This document shows positions 1 to 13,893 of a DNA stretch of 64,000 nt, one piece after another; position 1 is the first letter of the stretch; every line of letters starts with the position of its first letter. The stretch lies in contig OZ001293.3 of NCBI GenBank assembly GCA_963921275.4, forward strand, positions 6,400,001-6,464,000, written 5' to 3'. Source of the DNA: an uncultured Hormoscilla sp. (lineage in GTDB: Bacteria; Cyanobacteriota; Cyanobacteriia; Cyanobacteriales; Desertifilaceae). The notes under the pieces were generated by a model. It had not been told where the DNA came from and searched no databases. It worked only from the letters and a program-made list of their open reading frames with translations. The position numbers and the translations under genes are program-made.

Positions 1-425
1 CTGATGACTCGCAAAAATTGGTCAATTTTGTTATTTTGGTTAATAGCTCCTACTATCCCCAGAGGAATCGCGATCGCCCAGGTAACCGCCAAAGAAGCGA
101 TCGCCAGGAGCAGGGTATTGGGGATCCGTTCCCACAGCAGAGAGGCCACCGATCGCTGATAAACGAAACTGGTGCCAAAATCTCCAGCAGTAACAATTCG
201 CAATAGCCAGTGTCCATATTGTACAATTGCCGGTTTATCCAAGCCAAACTGTTGTCGAATTTCCTCAATTCTTTCTGGCGAAATCTGAGGATTTTGTCGC
301 AACGTATCCAGATAATCTCCAGGGGCCAGCTGAATAATGAAAAAACTCAACGCCGATGCCAACAACAGGGTCAACAGCGCCTGCAACAACCTTTTTATTA
401 CATAGAGAAAGGTTTCATTGGTCAT
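1..425 (-). CDS. ABC peptide/nickel transporter permease (DppB/OppB-like), runs off the window edge
   Basis: Manual translation from ATG 425: MTNETFLYVIKRLLQALLTLLLASALSFFIIQLAPGDYLD...FGLDKP...GDFGTSF...RIPNTLLLA. Confidence 0.85.
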   Translation of the reverse strand, partial: MTNETFLYVIKRLLQALLTLLLASALSFFIIQLAPGDYLDTLRQNPQISPERIEEIRQQFGLDKPAIVQYGHWLLRIVTAGDFGTSFVYQRSVASLLWERIPNTLLLAIASLAVTWAIAIPLGIVGAINQNNKIDQFLRVI

Positions 426-461
426 AATCTATCGTTCATGTTTGATAGTTCATTTCTTGCT

Positions 462-683
462 TCACCCTAACCCTAACTTCTTCCTCACATCCTCACTACT
501 CACAACTTTACCAGCTTTTTGCTGTTTTCTAGAGTGCTCGATAATCTCCAAAAACCGACTATTGTTACTTAAAGAAACCGTTTCAATATCTGCGATCGCC
601 ACCCAAACAGCTACCGGTCGATCTAGAAATGCTGCGATCTCAGGTTCTCTTCCCAAACTGCGAACATAATCGGCTGGCTGCAC
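462..683 (-). CDS. Small antitoxin-like protein
   Basis: C-terminus ...VVSSEDVRKKLGLG resembles cyanobacterial type II antitoxins; lies downstream of a toxin remnant. Confidence 0.5.
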   Translation of the reverse strand: MQPADYVRSLGREPEIAAFLDRPVAVWVAIADIETVSLSNNSRFLEIIEHSRKQQKAGKVVSSEDVRKKLGLG

Positions 684-693
684 AATTTGACTG

Positions 694-888
694 TTATCGC
701 TGCCAAGATTTTTTTATTAATGTTAGCGAATCTATATTTTTTTCTAAAGGAAAATTTTCTAAGTCCGCAATTGGTGTTAGCACAGCTACAGGAGTTCCCT
801 TAATATTAACAAGCAAGGGAGCTTTCCCTAAAGCTTGAATATATTTACCCAATGATTCAGTTGCTTGTGCAAGTTCTACTGATTTCAT
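694..888 (-). CDS. Phd/YefM-like antitoxin, possibly truncated
   Basis: MKSVELAQATESL...KGTPVAVLTPI resembles the Phd N-terminal motif. Confidence 0.5.
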   Translation of the reverse strand: MKSVELAQATESLGKYIQALGKAPLLVNIKGTPVAVLTPIADLENFPLEKNIDSLTLIKKSWQR

Positions 889-889
889 A

Positions 890-1208
890 GTTCAATTTCC
901 TCCTTCCAGATCCGATACGCAGTGCGCGACGTAGGAGCGCTACTTGGTTGCGATTCTTGACTCCAACTGCTTGAATGTAGACTACAGAAACTGTGTTTTA
1001 TTCTACATCGTAATCCACCCGTAAATTCCCTATCCGCAGTTCCAAACTTGCCGAAATGTTAGGTTTCATTTGCGATTCCTGGTTTATACTATGGGTTCAT
1101 ATTTGAGTTGTTCATCTACAGTGTCTAACACAGTCCTTTGTTCACGAGTTGTTAGGCTTTTTAGATGCTCAATAGCAGCATCAGTGTATTAAATTTGATA
1201 ACTCAATC
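890..1208 (-). pseudogene. RelE/ParE-like toxin remnant
   Basis: Translation SYQI*YTDAAIEHLKSL...EQLKYEP..*TRNRK with internal stops and frameshifts, directly upstream of antitoxin-like ORFs. Confidence 0.55.
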
Positions 1209-1441
1209 ATCCTCCTACGCCACTATTGCCTATATTTTTGATTTTATTACTTTTCGACCTCAGCTGTGAATCTTTACCCTCATCCTCCTTAAAGTCTAGA
1301 CTAGCACTGACCAGTTGAAAACAGACTCAAATTACCTCGATCGAGAGGTCTTATCCATGAATCTTGAGCAAAATTACCTCGACCGAGAGTAAGCAGACAG
1401 GACTTAACCCGATCGATGGTTTGGCAAGTGTAAAAAAAGGT

Positions 1442-1957
1442 TTAATACTCAACCATACTAATCACCGGCACATCTGCGGGCAGGCGATCGCGCCCACCCA
1501 GATCCTTAAGTTCAATGATAAAAGCAAAGCCCACCAGTTGGCAGCCTGCCTGCTGGACCAAGTCAGCAGTAGCATTAGCAGTTCCACCAGTAGCAATCAG
1601 ATCGTCTACAATCAGAACGCGGCTTCCTGGCGACATCGCATCTTGATGCAGCTCCAGCCGGTCTTTGCCGTACTCCAGAGCGTACTCGGCGGCATAAACG
1701 GCGGCTGGCAGCTTACCCGGTTTGCGGACCGGAATAAACCCACAACCCAGTCGATAAGCCACCAAGCTGCCGAAAATAAAGCCCCGAGACTCCATACCCA
1801 CCACATAATCTGGCGATAAATTAGAGCACTTAGCACCAAGAGTGTCTATGGTGTAGCGCAGTCCTGCGGGGTCGCGCAGTAGGGTAGTGATATCCCGAAA
1901 CATAATTCCGGGTTTGGGAAAGTCCGGAATGTCGCGAATTAGAGACTTGAGATCCAT
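1442..1957 (-). CDS. apt: Adenine phosphoribosyltransferase
   Basis: [15 protein letters not shown] and PRPP motif [13 protein letters not shown]. Confidence 0.97.
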   Translation of the reverse strand: MDLKSLIRDIPDFPKPGIMFRDITTLLRDPAGLRYTIDTLGAKCSNLSPDYVVGMESRGFIFGSLVAYRLGCGFIPVRKPGKLPAAVYAAEYALEYGKDRLELHQDAMSPGSRVLIVDDLIATGGTANATADLVQQAGCQLVGFAFIIELKDLGGRDRLPADVPVISMVEY

Positions 1958-2161
1958 AGAGTTTGTCTTACCTCAACAACGTTACACATATAGCAAGATC
2001 CTTCCGTCGAGCCTGTCAGGATATGCTTAAAAATCGTACAGTAGATAGGTAGGGTTTGAGATCCATCACCAAAGAGTTCTCAGTAAGTCCCACTTGCGGT
2101 ACCACCCATCTCTGATGGTAACGATGAAGACCGCCCGGTCCCCTGGCCTAACCCCCTGGCC

Positions 2162-2821
2162 GTGATCGCACTTGCACCTTTACCCATTGCCAAAATGAAT
2201 GTAACGCATAGCGTAATGCCAACAAACAGTCCACCCGCTCAGTCAAACCCACCCATTTTGTCCAGCTTGTCCGATCCACCACTGAGAGATCGAGTCTGTC
2301 CCTGTCGCACGAGGTGGCAAATTGACCTAATTTTGCTGGCAATTGAGGCATTGGATCTGGGCGGCTCTCAAGCCATGCTAGCAGCCTCCGAGCAGTTAGA
2401 ACTACGAGGAATTATTAAAAATCGGGTATCTCTTTGGCGCTTACGCAACACCAACCCTTTCCGGCGATCGCATACACGCGGCAGTTTAAGCCTCATGGAA
2501 GCTAAGGCCCTGGTGGCGATCGCATGCCAATTGGCACGGCGGCAGACAATATTGCTCCGGCAGTTATTATTAGACTATGAGCAACTTATGCGCAAGCAGC
2601 TGCCGCTGGAAAACCATTTTCGACTGTCGGACTACACCGAACGCTTCCGGGCCCATTTCCGGAGTCGGATGAATCTACGTAGTTCTAGTATGGCGGTTTA
2701 CTCTGAAGATGACCAGTTAAATCGGTTAGCGATGAAAATGTTGAGCCAGCTGTTATTCTGTACTGGCACCTATGGGATGCAAAGATTTTGGACCAGTTTG
2801 TTTGATGGAGAGGTGGCATGA
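2162..2821 (+). CDS. Conserved cyanobacterial protein (DUF3038-like)
   Basis: IDLILLAIEAL...NRVSLWRLRNTNP...LLFCTG..GMQRFWTSLFDGEV; overlaps the next gene. Confidence 0.75.
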   Translation: MIALAPLPIAKMNVTHSVMPTNSPPAQSNPPILSSLSDPPLRDRVCPCRTRWQIDLILLAIEALDLGGSQAMLAASEQLELRGIIKNRVSLWRLRNTNPFRRSHTRGSLSLMEAKALVAIACQLARRQTILLRQLLLDYEQLMRKQLPLENHFRLSDYTERFRAHFRSRMNLRSSSMAVYSEDDQLNRLAMKMLSQLLFCTGTYGMQRFWTSLFDGEVA

Positions 2822-4275
2822 GCATTCAGCGTCTGTATAGTCTACCCAATTGCACTTTGAGACTAGAGGGTTGGAACGACAATACCTCAGCTAGTCCACC
2901 AGAAGTCCTGTCGAACTTGACAGAGGCTGAATGTCAATTTACCGGGATACAGCAGTCTTTGACTGGCGGAAAGGAATTCTTGGTCAGTTTGGTAACGGCA
3001 GTCAGCCACTATGGCCAAGCATTTCTGAGTGGGGTGCATGTACCCGCGATGTCTGAGGGGTTTTTGCGCCAGCGCAGCGGCTGCACAGCAGCTAGCATCC
3101 CGAAGACATCGAACAGCCAGTCCCAGACCTCCACGCTGGTGCATCTGGAGAGACACGAGGAAAACCAACATCGGTTGATTGCGCAACCCATCGTACTTGT
3201 TAATGGCCAAAAGTCCACCGATGCCAAGCCGATTCAGATCGATTTGACCACACTACAGCTGTTCGATTTAGTGGAGGCCATAGATCAGTTTTTTGCCGAC
3301 ACTCAGACTTTACCCGATTTATCACCAGCCTGGAAGCCAGTTTCCCGGCGATATGTCCAAGCTAGTGTGCCAGCGGTACAGCGGGCCGCACCAGCAGCCT
3401 TGGGCATCTCTGGTTTAGCATTGGCGGCGATCGCACTTTTCTTCGTTCCCGTTCCAGAAATCGAACGCCCAACCAAACCAGCGTCTCAGTCTGAGACCAG
3501 CGAATCAACGGAAGAAAACCTGGCCGCGACTACTCCCGAACCCAGTTCGCAGACGCCACCAACTGAAAGGCGATCGTCCCTTTCAGCAGCTTCGTTAGAG
3601 GATGTTTTCAATTCACCTCCAGAAATTACCGATCCTACCCAACTGTATAGATTGAATTGGAGACTGTTCGAGCAAGTTGACCGGGCCTGGTCCGACAGAT
3701 CCAATCGAGATGGAGAATTAGTCTACCGCGTCACTACAGGTAGTGATGGGGCAATTTTGGGTTATAAACCTGTCAATCCTGCCGCGATCGAGCTAGGAGT
3801 AGAAAAGACCCCCCTAGCCGACTTAATTTACATCCCTACCAAGAGCAGCAAAAACTCCACCGTCCCGGAAAAATCAGAACCCATCGCCCAATTCAAGGTA
3901 GTGTTTACACCCACAGGCGTTGTCGAGGTTAGTCCGTGGTGGGGATTTACCGAACCCCCTAGAATTACTTCCCAAATTACAGACCCCTCTGTACTAGATA
4001 ATTTGAACCAAAACCTTTACGACCTGATCGATCGCAATTGGAAAACAACACCTACCTTCGATGGAGACTTGCTCTATCGCGTGGGCGTGAGTGAAGATGG
4101 AAAAATCGCCGACTATGAACCCCTCAATCAATCCGCTTATAAGTACCTCGATCGGACCCCCCTCCCCAGCTTACGCGAGAAAGAACGCTCACTATTCAAT
4201 CAGGCTCAGGCTCAATTTCAAGTCGTCTTTACTCCCATCGGAACCATACAAATCACTCCTTGGCAAGGATATTAA
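2818..4275 (+). CDS. Conserved cyanobacterial membrane-anchored protein (DUF4335-like)
   Basis: MSIQRLYSLPNCTLRLEG N-terminus, one TM segment, duplicated C-terminal LxYRV...G.I..Y.P.N domain. Confidence 0.75.
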   Translation: MSIQRLYSLPNCTLRLEGWNDNTSASPPEVLSNLTEAECQFTGIQQSLTGGKEFLVSLVTAVSHYGQAFLSGVHVPAMSEGFLRQRSGCTAASIPKTSNSQSQTSTLVHLERHEENQHRLIAQPIVLVNGQKSTDAKPIQIDLTTLQLFDLVEAIDQFFADTQTLPDLSPAWKPVSRRYVQASVPAVQRAAPAALGISGLALAAIALFFVPVPEIERPTKPASQSETSESTEENLAATTPEPSSQTPPTERRSSLSAASLEDVFNSPPEITDPTQLYRLNWRLFEQVDRAWSDRSNRDGELVYRVTTGSDGAILGYKPVNPAAIELGVEKTPLADLIYIPTKSSKNSTVPEKSEPIAQFKVVFTPTGVVEVSPWWGFTEPPRITSQITDPSVLDNLNQNLYDLIDRNWKTTPTFDGDLLYRVGVSEDGKIADYEPLNQSAYKYLDRTPLPSLREKERSLFNQAQAQFQVVFTPIGTIQITPWQGY

Positions 4276-4455
4276 AGAGGAGGTGAGGGGGTGCAAGGAT
4301 ATTAAAGAGGGGGTGAGGGCCCACTCCCCCACTCTCTCACTCGGAACAATGCGTCCTTTAGGAACGAGGATTAAACAAGATGCTCATCGTAGACGCCATA
4401 ATGTCTTGTCACAGGCATTTCAGACTAATTTGACAGGTTATTAAATTCTCATTCC

Positions 4456-6142
<1,687 letters not shown>

Positions 6143-6774
6143 ATAATCATCTCTCTAAATTGGCATCTTGTGTGAGAAGCCAGGGCACCAGCGATCGTAA
6201 CGGACTTCTTTAGTTTATCTATATCATCGGTCGTCAGTTATCAGCACCATCCTTCGTCCAGAGGCAATCATGTAGAATCAACAAAAATACTTATTTGCCA
6301 AGGAGCAGCCCCTCCCTAGCTATCCGTCACCAGTTTCTCCATAATTATACCACAATCCCCACAGTTCGATCGTGCTTGGCTGCTTCAGTGAAATTATTGA
6401 TTTCCTCAGGTTTTGACTATATTTGTCTCAGAAATCGGGGATAAAAGACAATTGATAACAATTGGGATTGGCATGTATACTTTGAAAGGTTCAGACGAGT
6501 CAGTATTTAACAAGTTAAGCTATTGGCATGGTATATGTGCGATTCGTTTAGCGTAAACTAACTTGACACAAGTCAAGGAGGGGGACCGCTACCGGGATTT
6601 CGTAAGTCCCGAGAACTTACAGGTGATGGTGGTGAAAGCCCGCCCCTCCAGGTGCAGGAGTGACAGCACCCTCCCCACGGTAGCGATGGCATCAATCCGT
6701 GAAGCGGGAAGGAAAGGCGCTATGGCTGGGAGCCTAGACCGGTCATCGTCGAGCAAGTAACTATGATGAGCGTA

Positions 6775-7609
<835 letters not shown>

Positions 7610-7742
7610 AAGCGAAGGTTTGCAACGTCGTAAAGCCTATCCAGTGTAATAAGGCTGATACACTGGCCCAAAAAGGGAAAGGATACTGGTCATTGGCGGA
7701 TGTATACCCGACCAATAAGCACTGACAATAAACCCGGCGTAG

Positions 7743-8613
7743 GGATGGGGTCGAGCCGGGAATCGCTTCCCGACCCTCCCTTGAGGAACCGGACTTGCGA
7801 TTTTCACCGCATCCGGCTACTGGGTACTAGGCCCTTTTCATAGGTAGACTTAATAGGAATTACTTCCGTTAGCCCTTGCCGCCTGTCTTTTCTTCCCTTT
7901 CCTGGTTTAGCGAGTGGTTGTTCTGATAACCGTTAGTATCACCATTTTCAAGTCAGTTTTACCAGTTATCCATACCTTATCCTCCACTTGCGTTTCGGAT
8001 TAGTTCCGTGGCTTTTTAGGATTACTCATTCCAGCAGCTTCCTAGTATCACCGACCCACGTCAGCGCTGGCTACCCAGCATCATCTACATTACTGTAGAT
8101 GTTATCCCAGGAATTACCCCGGGCATTCGCTTCTTGGGTCATCCCTCCCCCCGTGGCTTGCGCTTAACATCTAACTTGTCCTGATGGACAGCACACGAGA
8201 GGTTACTTCGTTCCCTAACAACATTTCGCGATACCTTTAGGTCCACACTATACCCCGGGAGCTATTTGAGTACTATATTAGCCAGAGTCTAAAACTAATA
8301 CTAGCTACCATTTCCTTTTTAGGCCAGCGCATATAGCCTTATTTCGCTGGTTCCTTATAACGAGGCTTGCACATGTTTGCCTGCTCTAACCTTGGATATC
8401 TTTCCTAGCGGCGTCACCGGCTTAGGCTGCCAGTTATCCTACATTTGAGTCCTCGCTTAGCACCACGATGATGTCGCTTCGTAGCACCGAGGACCGGTGT
8501 CACCCCCGTACCTGGGGGGAGGGGAATTTAACCCCCATGCGGTCAGAGTTCCCGGCTAATGAAACCGGGCTAGCGTTCCGTGTTTGACCACGTTAGGCTA
8601 GAACGAATCGCAC
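7743..8613 (-). mobile_element. ORF-less group II intron, family B, copy B1 (871 nt), antisense in domain I of intron C
   Basis: Reverse complement starts GTGCGATTCGTTCTAGCCT, has DV, ends CTCGACCCCATCC; matches 23952-24822. Confidence 0.93.
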
Positions 8614-10255
8614 AGAACCCGTCTAAGGTTACGACCAATCATCTGTAGGAACGAAGTAACCCGGTTGTAGCACTCTCCATCACCGGTCGATAGATGGAGT
8701 AGCCACCACAGGCGTAACATCTGCTCTCCGGAAGGCAGGACGCAACTGGGGGAGATTGAGTGGAGAAGTAAATGCCTGTCTGTAATGGATAGGATAAGCT
8801 GACGCCCTCACGGTCTCGTCAATTGTGAAGTTGTAAGTAGTAGTGAATATGTCACGGAACTTAGTCGAAAGACAAGAGTATGAATGGAAGACTGTCGCCT
8901 GGCGAAAGCTGGAAAGGATAGTTTTTAAGCTGCAAAAGCGAATTTACAGAGCGGCACTGGAAGGTAATAAGCAGAAGGTTCGTAAGCTCCAAGGATTACT
9001 AAATAGGTCATGGTCCGCGAAGATGATAGCGGTACGGCAGGTAACACAACAAAACCAGGGAAAGAAGACGGCTGGTGTGGATGGTGTGAAAGCACTGACC
9101 CCAAAAGAACGTATCGAACTGGTAGGTCAAATCAAAGTTACTCGAAAGGCGAAGGCAAAAGCCACACGAAGAGTGTGGATACCGAAGCCACGAAGGGAGG
9201 AGAAGCGGCCATTAGGAATACCAACGATGCACGACCGCGCACTTCAGGGATTGGTTAAAGAAGCGCTAGAGCCTGAATGGGAAGCGTATATGGAAGCCAA
9301 TTCCTACGGGTTTAGACCAGGTAGGGGATGTCATGATGCAGTTGCAGCGATATTCGCTAGCATCAGTCAAAAATCGAAATGGGTGTTAGATGCGGATATT
9401 GCGAAGTGTTTCGACGAAATTGACCATTCCGCGCTCCTAAAGAAATTGAATACTACGTCACCAATCCGTAAACAAATACGGGCATGGCTAAAAGCTGGGG
9501 TGATGGACCGGGGAAGGATGGAATCCACAGAAGCCGGAACTCCCCAAGGTGGGGTTATATCTCCATTACTAGCCAATATAGCTTTACATGGGCTGGAAGG
9601 GGTAGTAATGGGTCTCGCTCACACAAAAAGAGAGAAGGAGAAGTTAACCGTAGTAAGATATGCGGATGACTTTGTGGTAATACATAATGACCGGTCGATG
9701 ATTGAGGAAGCTCAAGGAGTGATTGAGGAGTGGTTGAAGGGAATAGGGCTGGAGCAAAAAGCCGAGAAAACGAAGATATCCCACACATTGGAAGGAGAGA
9801 GCCCTGGATTTGACTTCTTAGGGTTCAATATCCGACAATATAAAGTAGGGAAACACAGAAGCGGCAAACTCTGTAACGGAACCCCCCTAGGATTCAAGAC
9901 CCTAATCAAGCCTAGCGATAAATCCATAAGGAATCATAAAGAGCAGCTATCAGAGATAGTTCGCCGCCATAAAGGGGCACCGCAAACGGCCTTAATAGCA
10001 AGACTAAACCCGATGATAAGGGGATGGAGCAACTATTATAGGACGGTGGTAAGTAAAGAAACTTACAGCTCTATGGATAACTACTTATGGAAGTTGTTAT
10101 GGCGATGGGCAAAGAGAAGACATCCTAACAAAACGGGCAAATGGATTGCTAGTAAGTACTGGGGTATGACCGGGAAAGACCGGTGGAGGTTCGCTGGCAA
10201 GTCTAAAGAAGATGGAGGAATGAAGCTAAACCGATACTCTGAAACTGAAATAATC

Positions 10256-11996
10256 GGATGGGGTCGAGCTGGGAATCGCTTCCCGACCCTCCCTTGAGGA
10301 ACCGGACTTGCGATTTTCACCGCATCCGGCTACTGAGTACTAGGCCCTTTTCATAGGTGGATGGGGTCGAGCCGGGAATCGCTTCCCGACCCTCCCTTGA
10401 GGAACCGGACTTGCGATTTTCACCGCATCCGGCTACTGGGTACTAGGCCCTTTTCATAGGTAGACTTAATAGGAATTACTTCCGTTAGCCCTTGCCGCCT
10501 GTCTTTTCTTCCCTTTCCTGGTTTAGCGAGTGGTTGTTCTGATAACCGTTAGTATCACCATTTTCAAGTCAGTTTTACCAGTTATCCATACCTTATCCTC
10601 CACTTGCGTTTCGGATTAGTTCCGTGGCTTTTTAGGATTACTCATTCCAGCAGCTTCCTAGTATCACCGACCCACGTCAGCGCTGGCTACCCAGCATCAT
10701 CTACATTACTGTAGATGTTATCCCAGGAATTACCCCGGGCATTCGCTTCTTGGGCCATCCCTCCCCCCGTGGCTTGCGCTTAACATCTAACTTGTCCTGA
10801 TGGACAGCACACGAGAGGTTACTTCGTTCCCTAACAACATTTCGCGATACCTTTAGGTCCACACTATACCCCGGGAGCTATTTGAGTACTATATTAGCCA
10901 GAGTCTAAAACTAATACTAGCTACCATTTCCTTTTTAGGCCAGCGCATATAGCCTTATTTCGCTGGTTCCTTATAACGAGGCTTGCACATGTTTGCCTGC
11001 TCTAACCTTGGATATCTTTCCTAGCGGCGTCACCGGCTTAGGCTGCCAGTTATCCTACATTTGAGTCCTCGCTTAGCACCACGATGATGTCGCTTCGTAG
11101 CACCGAGGACCGGTGTCACCCCCGTACCTGGGGGGAGGGGAATTTAACCCCCATGCGGTCAGAGTTCCCGGCTAATGAAACCGGGCTAGCGTTCCGTGTT
11201 TGACCACGTTAGGCTAGAACGAATCGCACAGACTTAATAGGAATTACTTCCGTTAGCCCTTGCCGCCTGTCTTTTCTTCCCTTTCCTGGTTTAGCGAGTG
11301 GTTGTTCTGATAACCGTTAGTATCACCATTTTCAAGTCAGTTTTACCAGTTATCCATACCTTATCCTCCACTTGCGTTTCGGATTAGTTCCGTGGCTTTT
11401 TAGGATTACTCATTCCAGCAGCTTCCTAGTATCACCGACCCACGTCAGCGCTGGCTACCCAGCATCATCTACATTACTGTAGATGTTATCCCAGGAATTA
11501 CCCCGGGCATTCGCTTCTTGGGCCATCCCTCCCCCCGTGGCTTGCGCTTAACATCTAACTTGTCCTGATGGACAGCACACGAGAGGTTACTTCGTTCCCT
11601 AACAACATTTCGCGATACCTTTAGGTCCACACTATACCCCGGGAGCTATTTGAGTACTATATTAGCCAGAGTCTAAAACTAATACTAGCTACCATTTCCT
11701 TTTTAGGCCAGCGCATATAGCCTTATTTCGCTGGTTCCTTATAACGAGGCTTGCACATGTTTGCCTGCTCTAACCTTGGATATCTTTCCTAGCGGCGTCA
11801 CTGGCTTAGGCTGCCAGTTATCCTACATTTGAGTCCTCGCTTAGCACCACGATGATGTCGCTTCGTAGCACCGAGGACCGGTGTCACCCCCGTACCTGGG
11901 GGAGGGGAATTTAACCCCCATGCGGTCAGAGTTCCCGGCTAATGAAACCGGGCTAGCGTTCCGCGTTTGACCACGTTAGGCTAGAACGAATCGCAC
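10256..11996 (-). mobile_element. ORF-less intron B2 (outer), antisense in the RT ORF, containing B3
   Basis: 10256-10358 plus 11230-11996 reconstitute an 870-nt B copy with a few substitutions. Confidence 0.92.
10359..11229 (-). mobile_element. ORF-less intron B3 (871 nt) inserted in B2 in the same orientation
   Basis: Complete B copy inserted at ATTAAGTCT|ACCTATGA of B2. Confidence 0.93.
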
Positions 11997-12405
11997 AGAC
12001 ACGTAAAGGTTAAGGGGACAGCTAGCCCGTTTGACGGTAATCTGGTTTATTGGAGCAAAAGACTGAGAAAAAGCCCGGATGTGAGCGCTAGAGTTATCAG
12101 ACTGCTAAAAGAGCAGGATGGTAAGTGTGTGCACTGCGGACTGAAATTCAAAGATGGCGACAAATGGGAGGTTGACCATATTCTACCAGTTTCTAAAGGA
12201 GGTAAAGACTGGTATACCAACCTACAGTTGCTGCATGATTATTGCCATGATGTAAAGTCTGCCAGAGATGGTGACAAAGGCCGTATCCATGACAAGGATG
12301 GCGAAACTGAGGAGCCGGATGAGGTGAAAGTCTCACGTCCGGTTCTGAAGACGAGTCGGCGGGGTGACCCGTTGGCTTAGTTTAATCCATTACACCAAAC
12401 AATCC

Positions 12406-13212
12406 GTGACTGAAGATGATGAAATCCTGGAAACATCGAGGCCAACATTGGCTAGCAGCTTAATGCGGCTGTTGCTGGTGATGATATTTAGACTGTTGCT
12501 TCTAGGGGTGGGAGGAAGTTTATCTTTTATCTCCGGAGTGGCGCTCGCCCATTTCTATCCAGCAAAAAACGCTAAAATGCCCTTAGTAGAAAAAATCCTG
12601 CGCCGTTCTTTTACCCAGGCGATCACTGACCTTAAACGCCAGTATACTAATACATCAGGCCCTATCACGCCCCTAACGCCGTTACAAAGGCAAAACTTAC
12701 AAGCACAGTTAACCCAGCTACAGTCCCAGTTGCAGAATTTGCGCAATCGCACTGCGGCCCTAGAAACTGAAATCATGGGGTCCAGTTCCAAGCTATCAAT
12801 TGAAGCCCGCCTGGAGATCGTCTCCGAGCAACTAGATCCCAACAATTCCGGTTGGGACCGGAGACCACCCACCTTCATGGTTACCCTACCCAGTGACATT
12901 CTGTTCTCAGGAGACCAGACCACTCTTAATCCCAATCAGCAAGCAATCTTAGATAGCATCATTAGCGAGATGTCTTCCGACAAGGGATCCACTGTACGCA
13001 TCGCCGCCCACACGGATAATGTAGGTGACGCCCAAGATAACCTCCTACTCTCATTACAAAGAGCACAAGTTGTCAAGCAATATCTCGCCGCAGCGAAGGG
13101 CGATAAGTATCGCTGGATAGCTATCGGATACGGAGAAAGTCGCCCCTTAGTAGGCCATAATACTGATAGCAAACGACAACGCAACCGTCGCCTTGAAATC
13201 TCTATTGATTAG
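12406..13212 (+). CDS. OmpA/MotB-family membrane protein
   Basis: TM segment, coiled coil, LPSDILF...HTDNVG...NLLLSLQRAQVV...GYGESRP...NRRLEI; GTG 12406 chosen because the ORF-track start lies inside intron C. Confidence 0.85.
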   Translation: MTEDDEILETSRPTLASSLMRLLLVMIFRLLLLGVGGSLSFISGVALAHFYPAKNAKMPLVEKILRRSFTQAITDLKRQYTNTSGPITPLTPLQRQNLQAQLTQLQSQLQNLRNRTAALETEIMGSSSKLSIEARLEIVSEQLDPNNSGWDRRPPTFMVTLPSDILFSGDQTTLNPNQQAILDSIISEMSSDKGSTVRIAAHTDNVGDAQDNLLLSLQRAQVVKQYLAAAKGDKYRWIAIGYGESRPLVGHNTDSKRQRNRRLEISID

Positions 13213-13217
13213 GAAGA

Positions 13218-13365
13218 GTTGTTAGTTGTTAGTTGTTAGTTGTTAGTTGTTAGTTAGTTGTTAGTTGCTAGTTGCTAGTTGCTAGTGGTTAACCACCCAC
13301 AACTGACCACCTACAACTGACCACCTACAACTAACACCTACAACTGACCACCTACAACTGACTAC
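13218..13365. repeat. Heptamer short tandem repeats (TTGTTAG; then CCACCTA/CAACTGA)
   Basis: Visible tandem 7-mers between convergent genes, typical cyanobacterial STRR. Confidence 0.85.
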
Positions 13366-13857
13366 TTAGCGATAGTTAGTAAACTGCAAGTCAATGGGGA
13401 AATCTTCCTGTTTTAGCAATTTAATCACCTGTTGCAGTTCATCTTTGGACTTAGCAGAAACCCGCACTGCATCTCCTTGAATCGATGCTTGCACCTTTTT
13501 GAATTTATCCCGAATTAATTTGGTGATTTTTTTTCCTATTTCCTGGTTAATACCTCTCTTGAGTTTTATTTCTTGACGAACCCGATCGCCGCTTGCTGAT
13601 TCCACTTTCCCGAAATCAAATATTTTCAGCGACAGATTTCGCTTCGCCGCTTTCGTCTGCAGGGCGGTGTGAACCGCCTGCAGGGTGAATTCGCTATCTG
13701 TGTTTACCGTAATTGCTTCCTCGCTTAATTCCAAGGTCGTTTTGGTATCTTTCAAGTCGTAGCGACTTTTAATTTCACGGTTAGTCTGGTCTAGGGCATT
13801 TACCAATTCTTGGTGGTCAAAGTCGCTGACAATATCAAAGGAATAGGTAGAAGCCAT
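13366..13857 (-). CDS. yajQ: YajQ-family nucleotide-binding protein
   Basis: SFDIVS...RYDLK...[13 protein letters not shown]...LQFTNYR. Confidence 0.93.
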   Translation of the reverse strand: MASTYSFDIVSDFDHQELVNALDQTNREIKSRYDLKDTKTTLELSEEAITVNTDSEFTLQAVHTALQTKAAKRNLSLKIFDFGKVESASGDRVRQEIKLKRGINQEIGKKITKLIRDKFKKVQASIQGDAVRVSAKSKDELQQVIKLLKQEDFPIDLQFTNYR

Positions 13858-13893
13858 AATTATTTTTCCTTTTCTCTTGACTAATGGCTTAAC

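Larger units (their letters stand above)
8843..12380 (+). pseudogene. ltrA: Group II intron reverse transcriptase/maturase/HNH endonuclease split by introns B2/B3 (join 8843-10255 + 11997-12380, 598 aa)
   Basis: RPLGIPT, SYGFRPGR, DIAKCFD, GTPQGG, YADD, X-domain RGWSNYY; junction ETEII|RHVKVKG; C-terminal CxxC...DHILP...NLQLLH.YCH. Confidence 0.93.

Noticed and set aside
8843..10297. RT as a DGR, retron or CRISPR-associated RT
   Set aside because: It is embedded in a full group II ribozyme with X and HNH domains. No TR/VR pair with adenine-specific differences, msr/msd or cas genes were seen.
12364..12405. N-terminus MTRWLSLI of the OmpA ORF
   Set aside because: The start lies in DVI of intron C; GTG 12406 or an upstream exon start is more plausible.
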